Assembly (NCBI GenBank): GCA_964016885.1
Contig: CAXHJY010001328.1
Coordinates: forward strand, 62,001 to 126,000
Length of the DNA: 64,000 nt
From: Eledone cirrhosa
Lineage: Eukaryota
Reading direction: 5' to 3'
This document shows, one piece after another, positions 54,517 to 64,000 of this stretch (its first letter is position 1; every line of letters starts with the position of its first letter). Below the pieces are notes generated by a model. The model saw nothing but the letters and a program-made list of their open reading frames with translations. It was not told the DNA's origin and did no database searches. A program made the translations under genes and the position numbers.

Positions 54517-55426
54517 TATATACATATATACATATATATACATATACATATATATATATACATATATATATACATATATATACATACATATATATATACA
54601 TATATATACATACACATATATATATCTATGTATATATGTATATATGTATATATATATGTATATATATATCTATGTATATATATATATACATATATATATA
54701 TATACATATATATATACATATATACATATATACATAGATATATATATATATATATACATATATATATACATATATACACATATATATATACATATACATA
54801 TACATATATACATATATACATACATATATATATATATATACATATATATAAACATATATATATATATATACATATATATAAAGAATTAGTATATCTCCCG
54901 ACATATGTATACAGATGCATACCTATGCTAGCAAATATATATGTTTTGTCTTAGTAACTTTGTGGTTCTATGCAAGGGGATGCAGAACAATTATATGATA
55001 TACTAATTCTTTATAATTATCTCCAAATTATTTGTTGAGCAAAATTTGCCGAAATTACTACTGTGATTAATAGTAGTGGCTAGGCTCTGTCTTAATAGCA
55101 CCCCCACTCCTGGCTGATTAACCTCAGTGTCACGTGATTGATTCTTTTGAATTTGCCACTTGACCAAGTAGGCAGTGAATTTTTCAATGTCTTGGAATCT
55201 AGCCCCGCTCGCATTTTTTCATCCACTGAATTATTTTTATATAAGTTCCCACTGTCCTCGCATTGCCTGGAAGCTTAGCTGAGAATAGACTCCCTGATGA
55301 CGTAAGGCTTCTCTATGGATACACTCCGTAACCATATTTATCCCCTTACAGAAACTAATTAGTTGGAGTGAAATGTTAGTAAGTAAGTCAATTTTCATAA
55401 CTTTCTTATTTACGTCTTTCATATAT

Positions 55427-55519
<93 letters not shown>

Positions 55520-55567
55520 TATATACATATATATACACATATATATATACATATACATATATATATA

Positions 55568-55610
<43 letters not shown>

Positions 55611-55652
55611 ATACACATATATATATAAATATATATATATATACATATATAC

Positions 55653-55741
<89 letters not shown>

Positions 55742-55892
55742 CATATATATACATATATATATATATACATATATATATACGTATATACATATATATACAT
55801 ATACATATATATATACATATATATACATATACATATATATATACATATATATATATACATATATATATACATATACATATATATATATACAA

Positions 55893-55934
<42 letters not shown>

Positions 55935-55972
55935 TTATATATATACATATATATATACATTTATATATATAC

Positions 55973-56009
<37 letters not shown>

Positions 56010-56222
56010 CATTTATATATATACATATATATATACATTTATATATATACATATATATATATATACATATATATATATACATATATATATATATACACAT
56101 ATATATATATATATACATATATATATACATATATATATACATATATATATATACATATATATATATACACATATATATATATATACATATATATATACAT
56201 ATATATATACATATACATATAC

Positions 56223-56283
<61 letters not shown>

Positions 56284-56312
56284 CATATATATATATACAT
56301 TTATATATATAC

Positions 56313-56345
<33 letters not shown>

Positions 56346-56385
56346 CATATATATATACATATATATATACATATACATATACATA

Positions 56386-56445
<60 letters not shown>

Positions 56446-56983
56446 CATATATATATATACATTTATATATATACATATATATATACATATATATATATAC
56501 ATATATATACATATATATACACATATATATACATATATATACACATATATATATACATATATATATACATATATATATACATATATATATATACATATTT
56601 ATACACATATATATATACATATATATATACATATATATATATACATATATATACACATATATATATACATATATATATACATATATATATACATATATAT
56701 ATACATATATATACATACATATATATATACATACATATATATATACATATATATATATATACATATATACATACATATATATATACATATATATATATAT
56801 ACATACATATATATATATATATACAGATATATATACATATATATATATATACATACATATATATATAAATACATATATACATACATATATATATATGTAG
56901 GATGTGAGTTTTATTGTAGTACAATAAAGCAATGCAGATATCGGATAAGAAGCACTCTACAGTTTGTAGGACTGGAGTATACA

Positions 56984-57323
56984 TAATATATAAGATCAAA
57001 AGATGGTTAAAAGAGTTCCATGTATTTTATTATGCGCATTTCAAAAACAAATATCATCATGCAATAATATTTGTGTTTTCATCAGATAAAATAGGAAGAC
57101 ATGATATGAAGGTTAAAAACACTTGTGGATAGTGCAGTTTTAAATTAACATTTCATGTTAATTTAAAACTGCACTATCCACAAGTGTTTTTTAACCTTCA
57201 TGTGATGTCTTCCTATTTTATCTGATGAAAACACAAATATTATTGCATGATGATATTTGTTTTTGAAATGCGCATAATAAAATACATGGAACTCTTTTAA
57301 CCAACTTTTGATCTTATATATTA
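56984..57323. repeat. ~340-bp palindrome with a hammerhead in each arm
   Basis: 56984-57150 is the reverse complement of 57155-57323; flanked by TA arrays. Confidence 0.9.
57214..57284 (+). ncRNA. Hammerhead ribozyme (mirror copy 57023-57093, - strand)
   Basis: tattttat CTGATGA AAAC-ACAAATATTATT..GATGATATTTGT-TTTT GAAA TGCGCA TA^ataaaata; 8-bp stem I, AUA triplet. Confidence 0.75.
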
Positions 57324-57339
57324 CATATATATATATATA

Positions 57340-57424
<85 letters not shown>

Positions 57425-57430
<6 letters not shown>

Positions 57431-58047
57431 AAAAAGAGATGAAATCGAAAATCAACTGGAGTCTTATTTTTTTTTTAAATATATATATTTATTCGGTTCC
57501 TTTACCGGTTTCGCAGTTCTTCTGCTTTTCAAAAGGTGAGTTGAGATGGAGGGTCTGTGGTTTTTCTCACATCTGGTTGGTTTCTGAATGTTACTTGTTT
57601 TATATGGAAAAAGTGGCTCGAAATGCCAGGTTTTTCGAGAAGTAATTTGATTGGTTTGTCAATAATTATAATAGATTTCGCGCCAGTTCGCGTTATAATA
57701 GTTCTTCAAATAAGAGAGGGGGTTGTCACAGGTTGTTTTTTCATATATGGGTGTTTGAATTTCTTTTTTCTTGAAAAAAGGGACTCACGAAGGCTTTTTT
57801 TTTGGTTGGTTATAAATGAAATTATGGCTGTCACGTGAACAAGTATTCAATAAATTTTCGTGCCCTTATTTGGAAATCCATTCTGTAGCCTTTTTAGAGA
57901 ATTTTATGATAAGTGAAAGATAATGGTCAAGAGAAAGGGATGGGAGCATTGTTCTGGTTCAGTGAATATTGTTAGTTCGCTGGGGTGTCAGAATTCAGAT
58001 TTTCTATTGAATAAAGACAGTAAAGATATGTATGTTTATTTGTGTGC

Positions 58048-58136
<89 letters not shown>

Positions 58137-58450
58137 AATTTCTTTACTTAAAAAAAGGTGGCTCACGAAGGCTTTTTTTAATAAACGTGATTTGATTCGT
58201 TATAAATGAAATTTGGCTGTCACGTGAACAAGTTTTCATTACATTTTTGCGCCCTTATTTGGAAAACTATTCTGTAGCCTTTATAGAGAATGTTATGACA
58301 AAGGAAAGATAGTGGTCAAGAGAAATGGGATTGGGAGAATTGTTCCGGTTCAGTGAATATGGTTAGTTCGCTGGGGTGTCAGAGTTCAGATTTTCTATTG
58401 AAGTAAAGATATGTATGTTTAATTGTGTGCTTGTGTGTGTGTGTGTGTGT

Positions 58451-58525
<75 letters not shown>

Positions 58526-61469
58526 TGGAAGATGATTCTATTAGTAGAAATGGGGGAGGGAGTTGTGTGTGTGTGTATATATGGGTGTTATGTGTGTGTG
58601 TGCGAGTATGTTAAGATGGAGAGAATATATATTTTGTGTGTGTGTGTATATGTGTGTAGGAAAGTGGTTCTATTAGTAGAAATGGGGGAGGGAGTTGTGG
58701 GTGTGGGGGTTATGTGTGTGTATGGGTGTTATGTGTGTGGGAGTATGGTTAGCATGTTAAGATGAAGAGAATATATATATATATATATATTGTGTGTGTG
58801 TGTAGGAAAATGATTCCTTTAGTAGGAATATTTTTGAATGAACATATTTTCCTTACTTATTCGTATTTGTTATGTTGTATTGTCAGTGCAAACGTATATT
58901 AAGATTTATTTAGTTCGGGTTTTTATTTTCTAAAGTAGAAGGTGTTATGTGTGTGTGTGTATGTCATATTATGGTGTTGGCATAATGTATATTAAACCAT
59001 ATTTAATGCTGGTCTATATTTTTGAATAAACATATTTTCCTTATTTATTCGTATTTGTTCTGTTGTATTGTTAGCGCAAAGGTAAAATGGGAAGACTTGG
59101 AATTTGGGTGTCTTATTACTTGCGCAAATGTCTAGATGTGCACTTAGTGGCATCTGTCTCGTGGTTGGATCTCGTAATTATTGGCGATGAACTGTCATTC
59201 TGTTTCTGAGTGTGAGTTTAGTTTGTCCTATATAATCTTCATTGCATCCTTTACATTTAATGGCATAAATTAGATTTTTTGATGAGCAAGTGAAGTGATT
59301 TTTTACAGTAAAATTTTGTCCTGATTTAAATGTATACGTATTGCCTTCAATGAGGTGAGTGCAGGTTCCACAATTAGAGCGACCACATTTTTTGATACTT
59401 GGTTGTGGGTTTGTGGTAGGTAATTTGGCATTGGTGAGTAATGTTTTCAGTGATTTTGGTTGTCTTTTTGCTTTTGATTATTTTGTGTGTTTCAAGGACT
59501 TTTTTCATTCTTGGTTTTGTTTTAGTAGTGGGATGTTCTTGTGAATAGTGTTGTAAGCTTCCGCATTTCTTGGGTTGTGTGTTGAGATATATGATAGAAT
59601 ATTGACGTACCTTGAATTTGTTTCTGTTTCCGTAATTCATCAATGCCTATTGCTTTAGCCCTTTCTATTCCATTATTTATTAGTAATAGTGGGTACTCTC
59701 TCTCGAGTAGAATTTCCTTTAATTCTTGAAGTCTTTTATTTCGCGTTTCATAATTGGAGACAATTGTGCAAATTCTTCTTGCTAGGTTAAAAGGAATGTT
59801 CGTCTTCATGTGCTTTGGATGGTTGGAGGTGAATAGCAGATATTGTTTGGAATCTGTTGGTTTGTAGTGTATGTCAGTTTCGATATTTGTGTCTTTTTTT
59901 AAGATTAAGATGTCCAGAAATGGGAGTTGATCTTGGCTGTATTCCATTGTGAATTGGATGTGGTTATTGATGCCGTTTATTAAGTTTTTGAAATCCTTCA
60001 GTTGGTCGAGTGTGTGGGACCAAAGAATAAGGCAATCATCCAAGTAGCGTTTCCAATTCTCTGATAAATATTTGTGGAAGTTCAATCCGTATTTTGATTT
60101 GGACTGTTCATATATCTGGACTTCTAAGTATGCCATGACTAAGTTGGCATAAGTTGGAGCGGCTTTTGTACCCATCGCAGTCCCCGATATTTGCTTGTAA
60201 GTATTGCCATCGAAATCAAAAAAGTTGTTCTGTAAGATGAATTTTAATCCCTCGGTGATGAAGCTTTTTTCTATTCTGTCAGGTATCTCATTGGGATATT
60301 TCTCTAGCCAGAATCCTATTGCTTCTAGTCCGTATTGGTGTGGGATTGTTGTGTAGAGATTCACTACATCGAAAGACACAATAATAGTGTCGTTGTTGAC
60401 ATGTTTGGGGAGGTGGTTTAAGAGGTCCAGATCGTCTCTTACAAGGCTTGGTATGTGTTTCAGAATTGGTTTCAGTAGTATGTCTATAAAGTTGCTCAGT
60501 CTGTGTGTTTCACATTGTGGGCCCGCTACAATTGGTTTTAATTTAAGGTCTGTGTGGTATTGTGTGTTCACGCAGGCTGAGGTGGATTGTTTACAGGCAT
60601 CGTTGATTATTTTACACTTGTGGATCTTCGGAAGTCCGTAAAGGTTGCTGGTTTTGTATTCAAAATTTGTTAAATAATCGCGTTCCTTTTTAGTTAGGTC
60701 TTCCTGGTATCGATAAATCAGTGTGTTTAATCTAGTCATTATTTTTGATTGCTGGTATTTTTTTACTCTTTCATAGTAATTAGTATTTTGTAAGAGAGAG
60801 AACATAGAATTTTTTATATTTTTCAGCCTCCATAATGACAACAGTACTTCCCTTGTCCGCTTCCTTAATTATAATGTCCGTATTGTTTTTTAGTTCATGG
60901 ATAATCTCCCATTCCCTTCGACTCGTGTTGGGTTTGGGTTTAGGTTGCGGTAGTTCATGCATGGGAAGGTAGCTATGTGGTCACAAAATTTGTCCAGAAC
61001 TCTGTTTCTACTTTTTGTTGGGTTGTAGCTGCTTTTATTCCGTACAATTGATTCGTCGTTATTCTCCTTGTCAAAGAATTCCTCTGTGAGACGTAATTTT
61101 CTACAGCAGTGTGAGATATCGTCATTTATCTCATTGGGGTTAGAGTATTGTGGTGTTGGTGTGAATTTCAGTCCTTTAGAGAGAATTTTTACTTGTTGGG
61201 CTGAGAGGTTTGTATTTGAAAGGTTAATTATTTTCGGTTTTTCAAAATCGGTTTGTGCCACCGGGTGTCGTGAGTCCTGTAGCCTTGGTCTAAAAAATGA
61301 TTTTTCTGGAATGTTTTTTCAATGGTATTATTGTATCTATATATATACACACGCACAAAATATATATTCTCCTCCATCTTAACATACTCGCACACACACA
61401 CATAACACCCATATATACACACACACACACAACTCCCTCTCCCATTTCTTCTAATAGAATCATCTTCCA

Positions 61470-61517
<48 letters not shown>

Positions 61518-62491
61518 GCAACCAATTAAACATACATATCTTTACTTCAATAGAAAATCTGAACTCTGACACCCCAGCGAACTAACCATATTCACTGAAC
61601 CAGAACAATTCTCCCAATCCCATTTCTCTTGACCACTATCTTTCCCTTGTCATAACATTCTCTATAAAGGCTACAGAATAATTTTCCAAATAAGGGCGCA
61701 AAAATGTAATGAAAACTTGTTCAAGTGACAGCCAAATTTCATTTATAACGAATCAAATCACGTTTATTAAAAAAAAGCCTTCGTGAGCCACCTTTTTTTA
61801 AGTAAAGAAATTCAAACACACACACAACACACACACACACACACGCACACACACACACACAAGCACACAAATAAACATACATATCTTTACTGTCTTTATT
61901 CAATAGAAAATCTGAATTCTGACACCCCAGCGAACTAACAATATTCACTGAACCAGAACAATTCTCCAGTCCCTTTCTCTTGACCATTATCTTTCACTTA
62001 TCATAAAATTCTCTAAAAAGGCTACAGAATGGATTTCCAAATAAGGGCACGAAAATTTATTGAATACTTGTTCACGTGACAGCCATAATTTCATTTATAA
62101 CCAACCAAAAAAAGCCTTCGTGAGCCCCCTTTTTTCAAGTAAAAAGAAATTCAAACACCCATATATGAAAAAAACAACCTGTGACAACCGCCCCCCTCTT
62201 ATTTGAAGAACTATTGTAACGCGAACTGGCGCGAAATCTATTATAATTATTGACAAACCAATCAAATTACTTCTCGAAAAACCTGGCATTTCGAGCCACT
62301 TTTTCCATATAAAACAAGTAACATTCAGAGACCAACCAGATGTGAGAAAAACCACAGACCCTCCATCTCAACTCATCTTTTGAAAAGCAGAAGAACTGCG
62401 AAACCGGTAAAGGAACCAAATAAATATATATATTTAAAAAAAAAAAAATAAGACGCCAGTTGCATTTTCGATTTCATCTCTTTTTCTTTAT
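57425..62491 (-). mobile_element. Penelope-like element (Neptune/Penelope type), 5'-truncated, ~1.2-kb inverted pseudo-LTRs
   Basis: Arms 57425-58650 / 61340-62491. - strand RT (LSKGLKFTPTP, IKEADKG, LYGLPKIHK, GTAMGT, WKRYLDD) and GIY-YIG (NLIYAIKCKGCNEDYIGQT) ending ~58992; frameshifted. Confidence 0.93.
57499..57536 (-). ncRNA. Hammerhead, U3-A8 core variant (mirror copy 62376-62413, + strand)
   Basis: - strand: cctt TTGAAAA GCAG aagaa CTGC GAAAC CG GTA^aagg. Confidence 0.65.
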
Positions 62492-62576
62492 ACTTTCACT
62501 CGTGTAGGACACCTCGGTTATTTTTCAATTGTAAAAAAACCTCTCTTTCTAATATACATATATATATATATATACA

Positions 62577-62651
<75 letters not shown>

Positions 62652-62766
62652 TATATACATATATATATACATATACATATATATATACATATACATATAT
62701 ATATACATATATACATATATATATATACATATATATATACATATATATATACATATATATATACAT

Positions 62767-62812
<46 letters not shown>

Positions 62813-63185
62813 CATATATATACATATATATATATACATATATACATATATATACATATATATATATATACATATATACATATATATACATATATAGATA
62901 TACATATATATATATACATATTTACATATATATATATACATATATACATATATATATACATATATACATATACATATATATATATACATATATACATATA
63001 TATACATATATATATATACATATATACATATATATATATACATATATACATATATATACATATATATATATACATATACATACATATATATATATATATA
63101 CATATATATACATATATATATGTATACATATATATATATATATACATATATATATACATATATATATATACATATATATATATAC

Positions 63186-63244
<59 letters not shown>

Positions 63245-63295
63245 CATATATATACATATATATATATACATATATATACATATATATATATACAC

Positions 63296-63346
<51 letters not shown>

Positions 63347-63363
63347 CACATATATATATATAC

Positions 63364-63508
<145 letters not shown>

Positions 63509-63569
63509 CATATATATATATATAAATATATATACATATATATATACACATATATATAAATATATATAC

Positions 63570-63667
<98 letters not shown>

Positions 63668-64000
63668 CCAAAATTAAGATAAAATAAATTAAACGAATTT
63701 AATCTAAATCGAAATTGTGGGTGTCATGTCATAATGCATGCGCCATATATCTGGAAATTAAGCTCTAAGATAAATCTGAGCATATTATAATAACTAGAAA
63801 TTGATTAACATATAAATATACATGAATAATCACAGGAGATAATCTTTGCTCGCGTGTAACCACGCATAGCTAGTATAAGTAATATTTACCTTTAAGTATG
63901 ATTAACCTTCCTTTGTATATATCCCATTAAAGAAATATATTTCACCAATATATTTCACCATTATTACACTTTCCTTGTTGACAATCCAATGATATCCACT

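Overview
AT-rich eukaryotic (metazoan) DNA; the SINE, RTE and microsatellite make-up suggests an octopus or other cephalopod (inference). One host gene is visible: a spliced Stum/SPEC3-family membrane protein with an unusually long N-terminal 12-aa tandem-repeat region (exons 3393-5163 and 8699-8887, possible last exon 22159-22247). The rest is transposon and repeat landscape: several 5'-truncated RTE LINEs, a decayed HERO-type LINE, tRNA-derived SINEs, piggyBac-like and mariner-like MITEs, minisatellites and kb-long (TA)n/(TACA) arrays. There are three Penelope-like elements (two Neptune/Penelope-type, one Naiad-type); one carries two nested non-autonomous tRNA-Trp-primed LTR elements. The most striking signal is 9 distinct hammerhead-ribozyme motifs (13 copies), read by eye. 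They lie in Penelope pseudo-LTRs and in small ORF-less fold-back elements between TA arrays, and include U3-A8 core variants and long stem-II variants. Most short ORFs in the track are microsatellite artefacts.
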